54,099 bases of DNA from Meiothermus sp. (lineage in GTDB: Bacteria > Deinococcota > Deinococci > Deinococcales > Thermaceae). Positions 1 to 9,755 of the stretch are shown piece after piece. The stretch covers positions 1 to 54,099 of the forward strand of contig JANRLD010000100.1 in NCBI GenBank assembly GCA_033762915.1, given 5' to 3'. The translations under genes were made by a program, and so were the position numbers. Positions within the stretch are counted from its first letter, which is position 1. The number at the start of each line of letters is the position of its first letter. Under the pieces are notes generated by a model. The model was not told the origin of the DNA. It made no database searches and worked only from the letters and a program-made list of their open reading frames with translations.

Positions 1-1
1 C

Positions 2-376
2 CAGGACCCCGAGCCCTGGCCCACCTTAGAGAGGTTGACCATGTCCCACGCCCTGCTGAGCGGCGAATTGCCCCACATAGAGAAGTTTGAGAAGACCGTC
101 GTCCGTTTCGACGGCGGTGCCGCCATCCTGCGCGAGGCCAGCCTGTCCCTGCCTACCGCCAATGAAAACCCGGGCTACTTCTTCCACTGCCACATCGAGG
201 AGGAAGACCTAATCCAGGACGTGCTGCTGGAGGCCCGCCCTAGTGCCCACGGCCTCTACGTCGGCCTGGCCCGCTTCGGCGCGCCCCTCAGCACCCCCGG
301 CGTCCGCGCGGCGGTGGAGTGGCTGGTGGGGTGGCTCGAGGGGCAGGGGCTGAGGGTGGTGCAGCGGTCGTACTGA
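2..376 (+). CDS. Hypothetical protein, 5'-truncated by the window edge
   Basis: Frame of ORF 35..376 is open back to position 2; GC-rich codon usage typical of the genome; no recognisable motif. Confidence 0.6.
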   Translation, partial: QDPEPWPTLERLTMSHALLSGELPHIEKFEKTVVRFDGGAAILREASLSLPTANENPGYFFHCHIEEEDLIQDVLLEARPSAHGLYVGLARFGAPLSTPGVRAAVEWLVGWLEGQGLRVVQRSY

Positions 377-464
377 GAGCGGTTCCCACGCATACTCCCT
401 ACAGAGTTGCTGTAGGGAATACATTGCCTGCCGCCGCGAGAGAGGTACGGGTGGGAAACGCGAT
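377..464 (+). repeat. Dispersed MITE-like element A, copy 1
   Basis: gagcggttcccac...ctccctacag..ctgtaggga...cctgccgccgcgagagaggta..gtgggaaacgcgat; homologous copies at 17614, 37457, 40438 (reverse) and a variant at 8755. Confidence 0.85.
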
Positions 465-728
465 GAAAGCAAAAAACCCAACGCAGTTCGCAAATTGATT
501 GCCACAACACCGCACCCCGAAGACAGAGCGTCGGTTGAAAACCGCAATAAAACTCCCGCAGCGCGGGCACATGGCCGACGGGCGGCGAGGGTCAAGGGCT
601 TTATTGTGGCGGCGCACGGCAGCATCCGCGCCACCATCAAGCGGGTCCTGAACCTCGAGAACAGCATCCGGAAGAAGTTCCAGACCCACAACCGCCCGGT
701 CTACCCCCACCGGCCCTGGGCTGTTCCG

Positions 729-2537
729 CTACGGCAACTGACCCTCCGCAATGCTGTCTTCTTCACGGAATTGCAGGTCGTAAAGCTCCTTGTAGAGACC
801 ACCCTTGGCGAGCAGCTCGAGGTGCGTGCCCTGCTGGGCCACCGCGCCGTTCTCGAGCACGATGATCTGGTCGGCGTCGCGCACGGTGGAGAGGCGGTGG
901 GCGATCACGAAGGTAGTGCGGCCGCGCATCAGGCGCTCAAGGGCCTCCTGCACCAGCGCCTCCGACTCCGAGTCGAGCGAGCTGGTGGCCTCGTCGAGAA
1001 TCAGAATCTCGGGGTTTTTGAGCAGCGCCCGGGCGATGGCGACACGCTGCCGCTGCCCGCCCGAGAGTTTGACGCCGCGCTCGCCCACGATGGTGTTGTA
1101 GCCGTCCGGGAAGGCGGCAATAAACTCGTGGGCGTTGGCGGCCTTGGCGCTGTCCTCGAGTTCGGCGTCGGTCGCGCCCGGCTTGCCGTAGCGGATGTTC
1201 TCTCCGACGGTGCCGGAGAAAAGCTGGGTCTCCTGGGGCACGATGGCGATGTGGCGGCGCAACTCGGTGGGCTCGAACTGGCGGATGTCCTGACCATCCA
1301 GCAGGATGCGCCCGCCGGTGGGGTCGTAGTAGCGCGGGATCAGGGCCACCACCGTGCTCTTGCCGGCTCCGCTGGGCCCGACCAGCGCCACCACCTGGCC
1401 GGGCTTGGCCTCGAGGCTGACCCCCTTGAGCACGTCCGTATCACCCCGGTCGCCGTAGCGGAAGGCCACGTTCTCGAACCTGACGGCCCCCTTCACGCTG
1501 CCCAGCTTGGCCTGGGGGTTCTCGGCCTTGATCTCGGACTGCTCATCCATCAGGCCGAAGATGCGCTTGGTCGCACCCAAGGTTTCCTGGAAGGTAGCGT
1601 AGAGGCCGGTGAACTGGGCGATCGAGATCGCCACGAAAAAGGTGTAGAAGAGAAAGGAGACCAGACCGCCCACGCTCATCTCGCCCGCGATCACCAGGCG
1701 CCCGCCGAACCAGATCACCAGCGCCAGGCTGGCGAAGGTCGCGAAGGAGATGCCCGCGCCGAAGTACAGCGCCCGCAGGTTGCCCACCTGGATGGCGGTC
1801 TGGTAGGCGTCGGCGATCTTCTCGGCGTAGCGGCGGCTCTCCACCCCCTCCGCCGTGAAGGCCTGCACCACCCGCACCCCCACGATGGCCTCCTCGGCCC
1901 TCGCGTTCGCGTCTGCGAGCTTGTCGGTGACCTGGGTCGCCAGTTTCCGCAGCCTGCGGCCCGCAAACGAAGCCATCAGGATCACCAGCGGCACCACCGA
2001 GAGCATCACCAACGAGAGCTTCCAACTGGTCACGAAGATGATCACCACGCCGCCGATCAGGGTGATGGCCTGGGAGATGAACTGCACCAGCGAGTTGGAG
2101 ACGGCGGTCTGCACCGTGCCCACGTCGGAAGTGAGCCTCGAGGTGATCTCACCGGTCTTGCGGTTCTCGAAGAAGCGCACCGGCAGGCCCATCAGATGGT
2201 CGAACAGGGCCTTCCGCAAGTCTGCTACCACGCCCTGCCCGACCCGCACCAGCAGCGAGGTGTTGAGGTAGGAGAAGGCCGCCTGTAGGGCGAAGATGCC
2301 CAGCAGCCCCAGCGCCAGCCGGTCGAGGTTGGTGGTGTCCTTGGTCTGCTGCAAGGCCCGGTCAATCAGCTGGCCCACCACGTTGGGGAAGACCAGGCCC
2401 AAGAGCGAGGAGACCGCCGTGGCGACGAGGGCCACCACCAGCAGGGTGCGGTAGGGCCGGACGTACTCGAGCAGCCGCCAGAGGTTTTTGGCGTCGCCTC
2501 TCTCGGCCTTGTAGGGTTCATGGGGCGGGGGTCGCAT
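729..2537 (-). CDS. ABC transporter fused permease/ATP-binding protein (MsbA/multidrug-like)
   Basis: N-terminal TM domain, Walker [10 protein letters not shown], signature LSGGQRQR, Walker [16 protein letters not shown]. Confidence 0.95.
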   Translation of the reverse strand: MRPPPHEPYKAERGDAKNLWRLLEYVRPYRTLLVVALVATAVSSLLGLVFPNVVGQLIDRALQQTKDTTNLDRLALGLLGIFALQAAFSYLNTSLLVRVGQGVVADLRKALFDHLMGLPVRFFENRKTGEITSRLTSDVGTVQTAVSNSLVQFISQAITLIGGVVIIFVTSWKLSLVMLSVVPLVILMASFAGRRLRKLATQVTDKLADANARAEEAIVGVRVVQAFTAEGVESRRYAEKIADAYQTAIQVGNLRALYFGAGISFATFASLALVIWFGGRLVIAGEMSVGGLVSFLFYTFFVAISIAQFTGLYATFQETLGATKRIFGLMDEQSEIKAENPQAKLGSVKGAVRFENVAFRYGDRGDTDVLKGVSLEAKPGQVVALVGPSGAGKSTVVALIPRYYDPTGGRILLDGQDIRQFEPTELRRHIAIVPQETQLFSGTVGENIRYGKPGATDAELEDSAKAANAHEFIAAFPDGYNTIVGERGVKLSGGQRQRVAIARALLKNPEILILDEATSSLDSESEALVQEALERLMRGRTTFVIAHRLSTVRDADQIIVLENGAVAQQGTHLELLAKGGLYKELYDLQFREEDSIAEGQLP

Positions 2538-2960
2538 AGGGGATACCTTACCGCTAGTGCCCGGTTAACAAAAGTTCGCGGGGTTGTTGGCCCGGCACGG
2601 TCGGGGAATAGCGGATCTCCAACGGGTCGGCGAGACTGCAGGCGGGCCGAAGCTTTGTTTCCAGACCGAGCTGTACTCGAGCCATGCCAGACCCGCCCTC
2701 TCCCGGTGAACGGCCTACCCCAGTCCGGCCAAGGGGCACCGACACCTTGGGGGCCTGGCCCGCTCGAGCGCCCCCGGTACAGGAGTCGGCACGGCATGGG
2801 CGCGGACAAAGGTCAACGCCCCGCGCAGCGGCGGGGCTCTGCATGGACCCTTTGACGTTCCTCTCCCAAACCCTCCCGCGAAGCAGCGGCGAAGCGCTCG
2901 GCCCCGCCTACCGGTTGCGCCCAGGGTCACGCGCTTCGGCCATCACCATCCGCCCTCCAG

Positions 2961-3410
2961 CTACGCCTCGGCCACTGTGCCGCGCACCACCAGCACCGGG
3001 GTCATGCAGTTGTGCAGCACCTTGTCGGTCACGCTGCCCATCAGCACCCGGTCTATGCCCTTACGCCCGTGGCTGGCCATCACCACCAGGTCGTAGTCCT
3101 TGGCGTGGCTGAGGATGGCGGGCACCGGGTGATCTTCGACGATCAGCGTGCTGATGGGAACGCCCCTGGCCTGGGCCTCAGCGGCGAAGGTCTCGAGCTT
3201 CTGGCTGGCCTGCCGCCGCATGGCCTCGAGGGTCTCGCCCATCTCCTCCAGGCGCTGCGGGCCGTAGACGTAGGTGCGGTCGTAGGGGGGCTCGAGGGCG
3301 AAGAGCAGCGTCACCTCGCCGCCCGCAGCGCGGGCCAAGTCGAACCCCTCCTCCATGGCCTGCTGCCCGAAGTCGTCGCCGTCGGTGGGTATAAGTATCC
3401 GCTTGAACAT
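2961..3410 (-). CDS. Universal stress protein (UspA family)
   Basis: MFKRILIPTDG start; DLVVMASHGRKG..LMGSVTDKVL motif. Confidence 0.95.
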   Translation of the reverse strand: MFKRILIPTDGDDFGQQAMEEGFDLARAAGGEVTLLFALEPPYDRTYVYGPQRLEEMGETLEAMRRQASQKLETFAAEAQARGVPISTLIVEDHPVPAILSHAKDYDLVVMASHGRKGIDRVLMGSVTDKVLHNCMTPVLVVRGTVAEA

Positions 3411-3575
3411 AGCTCTCGCTCCTTCCCAGCCGTGCAGATCGCAGGGGATGTTGTCTTCGCACTACCGTAAACCCCAGGCGGGGGGGCTTGTGTCCTTGAA
3501 GGGCGGCTTGAGGGGCGCGGGACGGCGGACGAGAGAGTCTCGAGAACCTCCATCCCTCGCCACCCCTCGCCGCCT

Positions 3576-3581
3576 TACAAT
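3576..3581 (+). promoter_or_regulatory. -10 box of a leaderless transcript
   Basis: TACAAT 7 nt before ATG 3589 with no SD sequence. Confidence 0.6.
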
Positions 3582-3588
3582 CACATCC

Positions 3589-5085
3589 ATGTCCGGTTGG
3601 CTGCTGGCCCTGCCCGTGGTGGTGTTCCTGGGACTGGGTCTGCTGTACCCGCTGGCCCTGATCGTGGGGCAGGGGCTGGGGGGAGCGCAGGCGCTGGGCA
3701 ACGCGTTCTACTGGGAGCGGCTGGGGTGGAGCCTGCTGTACGGGCTGGGGTCGTCGGCGCTGTGTATCGGGGTGGCGCTGGCCCTGGCCCCCGCCTTCAG
3801 CCGGAGGTTTCCGGGGCGGGAGTTGCTGCTGTCCCTCTCGACCCTGCCCTTCGTGCTACCCACGCTGGTGGTGGCGCTGGCCTTTCTGAGTCTGGTGGGG
3901 CCTCGAGGCGTTTTGGGGATCAGCCTCTACGGCACGGTCTGGATACTCTTGTGGGCCGCGCTGCTATACAACCTGGGGCTGGTGCTGCGGCCCCTGGTAG
4001 CTACTCTCCCCAGCCTGGGCAGCCTGCTCGAGGTGGCCCAGCTCGACGGCGCGACAGTGGGCCAGGCCTACACCCGCGTGGCCCTGCCGCTGCTGCTGCC
4101 GGTACTGCTGTCGAGCGGCTCCCTGGTCTTCCTGTATAGCTTTTCCAGCTTCGGGGTGCCGCTGCTGCTGGGCGGGCCGGGGTGGTCTACGCTCGAGGTC
4201 GAAATCTACCAAGCCCTGGCCTTCCGCCTCGACCTGGGCGAGGCCAGCGTGCTGATGTTGATGCAGTTCGCGGTCAGCGGGCTGGTGCTGGGGTTGTATC
4301 TGCGGCTGCAAAAGGAGTTGGCGGAGAGCCTCGAGGCGGCCCAGCCCCAGCTCAAGAAGCACCCCCAAGGCGCGCGGACGGCAGCACTGGTCGGGCTGGC
4401 CTTCGCGCTGATCTACAGCCCCCTTATCGCCTTGATCTGGCGCTCGGCGCAGTTCCCCGCAGCCTGGGCCTCGGTCTGGACAGCCGAAGATTTCACCGCC
4501 GCCGGGCTGGCCTTGGGCAACACTTTGGCTTTTGCGGGGCTAGCCCTGCTGCTGGTGATTCCTTTGGGGTTTTGCTACGCCTACACGGTCTGGCGCGGCA
4601 ACCGGGCCCTGGACTTCCTTGGGCTTCTGCCGCTGATAGTCTCGCCCGTGGCGGTGGGGCTAGGGTATCTGCTGGCCTATCCCAGCTTGCGCGGCTCGTT
4701 GTGGATTTTGCTGGCGGCCTATGCGTTGCTCAGTTACCCGCTGCTGGCGAGGGCCATCCTTCCCGCCTTGCAAACTTTTCCGAAGGAGTTGCTCGAGGAT
4801 GCCCAAACCTTAGGCGCGACCCCCTGGCAGCGGTTTTGGTTTGTGGAGCTTCCGCTGATTTCTCCAGCAGCTAGGGCTGGCTTAGCACTTTCCCTAGCCG
4901 CAGTTTTGGGCGAGTTCGGAGCCACCCTGACCCTACAACGCCCCGAGTGGGCCACGCTCTCCATAGCCATCTACGAACGCCTCGGACGACCCGGAAGCCT
5001 ACCGTTCCAAGAGGCTACCGTTTTGGCAGTGCTGCTGATGCTGGTGAGCGTGGTGATGTTTCTGCTGATTCAGCGGCGGGGGTGA
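3589..5085 (+). CDS. Thiamine/iron(III) ABC transporter permease (ThiP/FbpB-like, two BPD domains)
   Basis: Highly hydrophobic with two EAA-loop repeats (LEVAQLDGA, LEDAQTLGA); TLEVEIY and GEFGAT motifs; start reassigned to ATG 3589. Confidence 0.88.
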   Translation: MSGWLLALPVVVFLGLGLLYPLALIVGQGLGGAQALGNAFYWERLGWSLLYGLGSSALCIGVALALAPAFSRRFPGRELLLSLSTLPFVLPTLVVALAFLSLVGPRGVLGISLYGTVWILLWAALLYNLGLVLRPLVATLPSLGSLLEVAQLDGATVGQAYTRVALPLLLPVLLSSGSLVFLYSFSSFGVPLLLGGPGWSTLEVEIYQALAFRLDLGEASVLMLMQFAVSGLVLGLYLRLQKELAESLEAAQPQLKKHPQGARTAALVGLAFALIYSPLIALIWRSAQFPAAWASVWTAEDFTAAGLALGNTLAFAGLALLLVIPLGFCYAYTVWRGNRALDFLGLLPLIVSPVAVGLGYLLAYPSLRGSLWILLAAYALLSYPLLARAILPALQTFPKELLEDAQTLGATPWQRFWFVELPLISPAARAGLALSLAAVLGEFGATLTLQRPEWATLSIAIYERLGRPGSLPFQEATVLAVLLMLVSVVMFLLIQRRG

Positions 5086-5233
5086 AAGGACAAAGGCTTC
5101 CCCACAGAGCGTTCGACCTTGGCCCCAATGTTTACACGGCCTAAAAGCCCACAGGGTCATCACAAAATCAAGTCACTCACAACGTGTGGGGGGTCGCCTT
5201 TTGTGTTCCTTGTTCCCTCTTCCCTCCTCCCTC

Positions 5234-6373
5234 TCAATACCGCTTATCCACCAACGGCCCGCCTTCAATCTCCTCTACGGCCACCACATCGTCCAGGCGA
5301 ATCCCGGTGGCCTGTTGCAGTGCGGGGGCCAATTGGGGCGGTACGGCTTCGGCCTTGATTTTTAGGGTCAGTTTGTCGGTTCCGGCCTCGTTGCGCTCAA
5401 CCACCACCTGAGCGCCCGTGCGGGGGTCTATCCCGAAGGCCATCAGCATCGGGGCCAGTTCGGTGGGGTAGAGCTTGACCCCCTTGACCTTAACCATCAA
5501 GTCGGTACGCCCGATAACCCCCCTCGGCAGCACCATTTCCCCGTTTACATGATTCACTACCGCCAGGTCGCCGGTGCGGAAGCGGATCATCGGCATCAAG
5601 GTGCGGCTGAGGGCGGTGATGACCATCTCGCCCTTCTCGCCGTCGGGGGTGGGCTGCAAAGTCTCTGGGTCGAGGATTTCGGTGATCGCCATCTCGGGGA
5701 CTTCGCGCAGGCCGTCTTTGGCCAAGGTCTCCCCTGCCACCACGCCCAGCTCGGAAGTGCCGTAAGCGTCCACTGCCACGCCCCCAATCGCGGCCTCCAT
5801 CTTCTCGCGGTAACCCGGCACGCTGGTGAACGGCTCGCCACCCGCCATCATCAGTTCAAAACGCCCACCCGCCGCCGCGATTTTGAGGGCGAAGCTGGGG
5901 TTACAGACCAGCACCTCGAAGCCGTACTGCTGCTGCAACTGGGCGATGCGCTCGGCCTCACCGGGGCCGTGGGGGAACACCATCGCGCCGGCCCGCTGCA
6001 GGGCTTCGTGGAACAGCCAGCCCCCCGCGAAAATGTGGTAGCCGAAGGCCACCAGGGCCTTCTTGCCTGCCACCCCTAGGCGGCGCATCTGGGCCGCCAG
6101 GGCCTCGGCTTGGTACTCCACGTCCTCGGCCGAGAGGTACTCGGGCATCCAGCCGATGGCCGGGCTGGGGGTCAGGTGCATCAAACTCGAGCCGCTGGGG
6201 GCCTTGGGGTTGGCCTGAATATAGGCCAGCCATTCCTGGCGAGTGGTTAGGGGGAGGCTCGAGACGGTCTGGGGGGTCAGGCCGTTCAAGTCAAAGCCCT
6301 TGAGTTTTTCGGCATACACGGGGTGTTGCTGTGCAGCAGCCACGACGGCGCGAAGGCGGGCGGTTCTGTCCAT
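5234..6373 (-). CDS. Phenylacetate-CoA ligase family protein (PaaK-like ANL enzyme)
   Basis: AGGEP, DAYGTSE, GEKGEMVIT, IRFRTGD and GRTDLMVKVKGVKLYP motifs. Confidence 0.85.
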   Translation of the reverse strand: MDRTARLRAVVAAAQQHPVYAEKLKGFDLNGLTPQTVSSLPLTTRQEWLAYIQANPKAPSGSSLMHLTPSPAIGWMPEYLSAEDVEYQAEALAAQMRRLGVAGKKALVAFGYHIFAGGWLFHEALQRAGAMVFPHGPGEAERIAQLQQQYGFEVLVCNPSFALKIAAAGGRFELMMAGGEPFTSVPGYREKMEAAIGGVAVDAYGTSELGVVAGETLAKDGLREVPEMAITEILDPETLQPTPDGEKGEMVITALSRTLMPMIRFRTGDLAVVNHVNGEMVLPRGVIGRTDLMVKVKGVKLYPTELAPMLMAFGIDPRTGAQVVVERNEAGTDKLTLKIKAEAVPPQLAPALQQATGIRLDDVVAVEEIEGGPLVDKRY

Positions 6374-6505
6374 GTTGTCTACCTCGAGGGGTGATTATAC
6401 GGCCCTGAGCGGGATTGGGATTTGGTTTGAGGGTGGAGTTCATTCACACTCGAGGTATACGACTTCGAGCGTTTTGCCCGTACTAACCAGAGCATTACCC
6501 CGCGT

Positions 6506-7186
6506 CTACTCGGGAACTAAGGCGATTTGGGCTAGATAGGGTTCGGGGCCGGAGCGTTGGCTGTATTTTTCGATCAGGGCTACCATCTCGAGTTGCAAGG
6601 CTTTGGCATCAGCCCTCGAGAGACGCAGAGGGAAAACCGAAAACATCAATGCGGGGGATTCGGGGGACAGTAGGGTGTTGAAGAAGTCAAACTCCTGCCC
6701 TTCAGGCGAGAAGTCGGTACTGACAAACCCACCCCCATCGTAGACCCGAAGGCCAACTTGGGCGATGTCTTGAATCAACCCTTGGCCTGAGCGGGCTGTT
6801 TTGTGAATCAGATGTTGGGTGAGGGGGGTAAGTTGCTCGAGCAAAAACTGGCTCAAGCTGTCGGAGTCGGTGGCGGTGAAGGGTATAAAGAATCCCTTGG
6901 CGACGGCCTGATAGTGTTTGATGGCCCGGCCTTGGCGTTGCTCGAGGCGCTCGACCTCGAGCAGCCCCAGCCGCTCAAACTGCTGTACCCGATGATGCAC
7001 CGCATTGAGTGGGCGGCCCAGTCGCACGGCAACCGCTTTGATGGTCAGGGCCTCGAGGATAAACGGCTCGAGCACTGCCCGTATGCTGGTATCCAGTAAC
7101 AGTTGCACGGCTTTAGGATCGGTCACTTGCTTCCAGTGTTGCGGGACAGGGATACGGGTTCCCCTAAATCGTCCGACTTCTTCCAT
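6506..7186 (-). CDS. Winged-helix transcriptional regulator (Deinococcota ArsR-like), divergent from the P450
   Basis: TIKAVAVRLGRPLNAVHHRVQQFERLGLL..GRAIKHYQA wHTH pattern. Confidence 0.75.
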   Translation of the reverse strand: MEEVGRFRGTRIPVPQHWKQVTDPKAVQLLLDTSIRAVLEPFILEALTIKAVAVRLGRPLNAVHHRVQQFERLGLLEVERLEQRQGRAIKHYQAVAKGFFIPFTATDSDSLSQFLLEQLTPLTQHLIHKTARSGQGLIQDIAQVGLRVYDGGGFVSTDFSPEGQEFDFFNTLLSPESPALMFSVFPLRLSRADAKALQLEMVALIEKYSQRSGPEPYLAQIALVPE

Positions 7187-7260
7187 ATTGTTTACCGTAC
7201 CTGTTTGCTACTTGACAAACTGTGTGGTTTGTGGAGTAGGAACCCGCCAGACTGGAATAC

Positions 7261-8451
7261 ATGAGCCTCGAGCAAGCCTTACAAAGCCTCTTCGCCCCCG
7301 AATCCATCCAAAACCCCTACCCCGCCCATGCCAAATTGCGCCCCTACGGCGACCTGCTGGTAGTGCCAGAGTTGAACAGCGCCTTCGCCTTGAGTGTGGA
7401 TGCCGTGAATGCCTTTTTTCGCCACCCCAGCGCCAGCGCGAACCGGATCGGCGAGGCCAGCCCTGACTGGCCTGGGGATGGGCTGCTTCAGCCGATGATG
7501 CTCTTCCACGACCACGCCTCCCACGCCCGTTTGCGGGGCTTGGTCTCTATGGCCTTCACCCCAAAAGCCGTAGCCGAAACCCGCCAGTTTATTGTCGAGT
7601 TGGTCGATGAGTTGCTCGATCGCTATGCCCTCGAGGGCGGTGACTTTATGACCAAGGTCGCGGTGCCGTTTCCGCTTCAAGTGATCGCCCGCTTGCTTGG
7701 CTTGCAAGAGGCTGAGCAGGAGCGTTTTCGAGCCTGGGCCGATACCTTGCTGGCCCTGTTGGATGGCTCCACTTACGACCCCGCCAAAGCCTCAAAAATG
7801 TCCCAAGACGTGGCGGATATGCGGGCCTACTTCCGCGAGGTAGCCGATGAACTGCGCCAGGGCAACCGCCCTGGCGTGTTGGCCTCGATGGCCCGTGCCG
7901 AGGCCGATGGCGAGCGCCTGAGCGCCGATGAATTGCTGGCCAACGCAGCCCTGCTGCTAGGTGCAGGCTTCGAGACCACTACCAACCTGATTGCAGGGGC
8001 AGTGCTCGAGTTCTCCCGCCACCCTCAAGCTTGGCGACAGTTGCTCGAAGACCCCAGCCTGGCCGCCAATGCTGCCGAGGAATGCCTGCGCTTTGTCACG
8101 CCCGTACAGGCCACCAGCCGCGTCCTGCGGAACCAAGCCGAGTGGAAAGGCCAGACCCTCCCCGAAGGGTTGAACATCAACCTAATGCTGGGCGCAGCCA
8201 ACCGCGACCCCGAAAAGTTCAGCAACCCAGACCGCTTCAACCTGACCCGCCCCAATGCCGAGCGTCATGTGGCTTTTGCCAGCGGCCCCCACTATTGCTT
8301 AGGCGCACCCTTAGCCCGCCTCGAGGCCCAGATTTTCCTCGAGCGCTTGCGCCAAAAGTTCCCCCACTTCAGTGTCCCCAAGCAAACCCTCGAGTACCGC
8401 CACAACTTTACTGTGCGAGGGTTGAAGCAACTCGAGGTGGCGATGGCGTAA
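7261..8451 (+). CDS. Cytochrome P450
   Basis: I-helix AGFETT, EECLR (ExxR), heme motif FASGPHYCLG. Confidence 0.97.
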   Translation: MSLEQALQSLFAPESIQNPYPAHAKLRPYGDLLVVPELNSAFALSVDAVNAFFRHPSASANRIGEASPDWPGDGLLQPMMLFHDHASHARLRGLVSMAFTPKAVAETRQFIVELVDELLDRYALEGGDFMTKVAVPFPLQVIARLLGLQEAEQERFRAWADTLLALLDGSTYDPAKASKMSQDVADMRAYFREVADELRQGNRPGVLASMARAEADGERLSADELLANAALLLGAGFETTTNLIAGAVLEFSRHPQAWRQLLEDPSLAANAAEECLRFVTPVQATSRVLRNQAEWKGQTLPEGLNINLMLGAANRDPEKFSNPDRFNLTRPNAERHVAFASGPHYCLGAPLARLEAQIFLERLRQKFPHFSVPKQTLEYRHNFTVRGLKQLEVAMA

Positions 8452-8474
8452 GGAAGTTATTGAACCTTCAAGGC

Positions 8475-8588
8475 CTAATCGTCCGCCGCCGACCCCACCG
8501 CCTCGCCACGCTTCTTGCTGCCAAACAGCCTGCGGAAGAAACCCAGAATGGGGTCGTAGTATTCGTCCATCATGCGCTCCTCGAGCGG
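8475..8588 (-). pseudogene. Diverged duplicate of the 3' end of sdhB (37 codons + stop)
   Basis: Translates PLEERMMDEYYDPILGFFRRLFGSKKRGEAVGSAADD*, versus PLKERLVDEYYDPILGFFRRLFGSKKRSEVAGSAADD* at the sdhB end. Confidence 0.85.
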
Positions 8589-8754
8589 TGACTATACGGC
8601 GTTGAGGAGTTTACGATTCAGTTGGAAGCGCTCAAAAAAGAGGTTGTTTCTTTTCAATCCACCAGATTTAGCTGATACCCTTGTCTGGTGACGGGTGTTT
8701 CATGCTGAACTATCCCTGCCGTCTATCGTTTGGTCAGTATTGGGAATTGCTAAG

Positions 8755-8826
8755 TCACAGCGGCTCCCACGAATACCACGCACGCAGTGCCTCGGATGTG
8801 CGGGGTAATGGTGGGGACCGCTGTGA
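8755..8826 (+). repeat. Short variant of element A lacking the inner hairpin
   Basis: tcacagcggctcccacgaatac...ggtaatggtggggaccgctgtga; termini are inverted repeats and match the element A ends. Confidence 0.65.
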
Positions 8827-8949
8827 GTCTCTTGCCTTAGAAGTAATGATACTTCTCGGCATCGCCACACCACTTGTCGGAATAGGCACCGGTATGCACC
8901 AGTACATGTCCGACATTCGGCAACGTTTTGCTCGGTTCAGATAAAACAA

Positions 8950-8973
8950 CCCCTCGAGCTTGCACTCGAGGGG
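8950..8973. repeat. CTCGAG-based hairpin downstream of nox (possible terminator)
   Basis: cccctcgag-cttgca-ctcgagggg; near-identical copy at 9710-9739. Confidence 0.7.
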
Positions 8974-8992
8974 CCTCTTTGTAAAAACGCTC

Positions 8993-9613
8993 TTACTTCC
9001 AGGTGATGATCTTGTTTACGTCGTAGCGGTGGTGAGGCGCACCGGACTCGTCGGCATAGCCGATGGCGAGCAGGGCGGGAACGGCGGCGTGGGCGGGCAG
9101 GCCAAGCAGTTCCTTAACCTTGTTGGGGTTGAAGCCCAGCATGGGGCTGGTGTCGAGGCCGTAAGCCCGTGCGGTCAGCAACAGGTAGCCGAGGGCGATG
9201 TAGCTCTGGCCCGCGCCCCACTGCTCGGTTTGGGCTTCACTGTTGTTGGCGAAGGCCCCACGGATGCTGCCGAAGTAGCCCTCCAGACGCTCGGCGGGCA
9301 TGCCGGGGTGGGCGACGGCCTCGAGGTTGTCCAGGGTGGCCTTCATGTCGGAGTACATCACGATCACGGCGGGGGCGCTGGCCACCTGGGGCTGGCCGAA
9401 GGCCGCGGCCTGCAACTCGGTCTTGAGGGCGGGGTCTTGCACGATCACATACCGCCAGGGCTGGAGGTTCCAGGCCGAGGGGGCGGTCTGGGCGATGCTC
9501 AGCACTTCCTCGAGCAGTTGGCGCGAAACAGGTTCGCTCCTATACCTGCGGATGCTACGGCGGGTTTGGGCGGCTTCTTTGACGGAAAGAATCTTTTCGG
9601 TGGGGTTATTCAT
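8993..9613 (-). CDS. nox: Nitroreductase-family NADH oxidase (Thermus Nox-like)
   Basis: RRSIRRY, APSAWNLQPWR, GQSYIALGYLLL and PMLGF motifs; strong resemblance to T. thermophilus Nox; start at ATG 9613. Confidence 0.85.
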   Translation of the reverse strand: MNNPTEKILSVKEAAQTRRSIRRYRSEPVSRQLLEEVLSIAQTAPSAWNLQPWRYVIVQDPALKTELQAAAFGQPQVASAPAVIVMYSDMKATLDNLEAVAHPGMPAERLEGYFGSIRGAFANNSEAQTEQWGAGQSYIALGYLLLTARAYGLDTSPMLGFNPNKVKELLGLPAHAAVPALLAIGYADESGAPHHRYDVNKIITWK

Positions 9614-9649
9614 ACCGAATTGAAGCTTAGTCGGTCGGTGAGGATTAAC

Positions 9650-9665
9650 TGTGGCAAAGTTCACA
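9650..9665 (-). promoter_or_regulatory. CRP/FNR-family box upstream of nox
   Basis: TGTGA-ACTTTG-CCACA on the minus strand, centred about 41 bp upstream of the start predicted from -10 TAAGCT (9629-9624). Confidence 0.6.
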
Positions 9666-9709
9666 CTTCATAGCGCTATGTTTTCTAATGCTTTAGGAGG
9701 ACATACGCA

Positions 9710-9739
9710 GGGCCCCTCGAGCTCGCACTCGAGGGGCCC
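9710..9739. terminator. Hairpin after sdhB (second copy of the CTCGAG hairpin)
   Basis: gggcccctcgag-ctcgca-ctcgaggggccc. Confidence 0.6.
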
Positions 9740-9755
9740 AATCTACAGCAAAGCG

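Noticed and set aside
495..2288. 597-aa plus-strand ORF
   Set aside because: Antisense shadow of the ABC transporter, caused by GC-rich codon bias
2538..2960. Short ORFs between the ABC transporter and usp
   Set aside because: Overlapping Pro/Arg/Gly-rich frames without RBS or motifs; not supportable
3411..3588. TPP riboswitch upstream of the ThiP-like permease
   Set aside because: No CTGAGA/ACCTG core; the -10 box sits directly before the ATG
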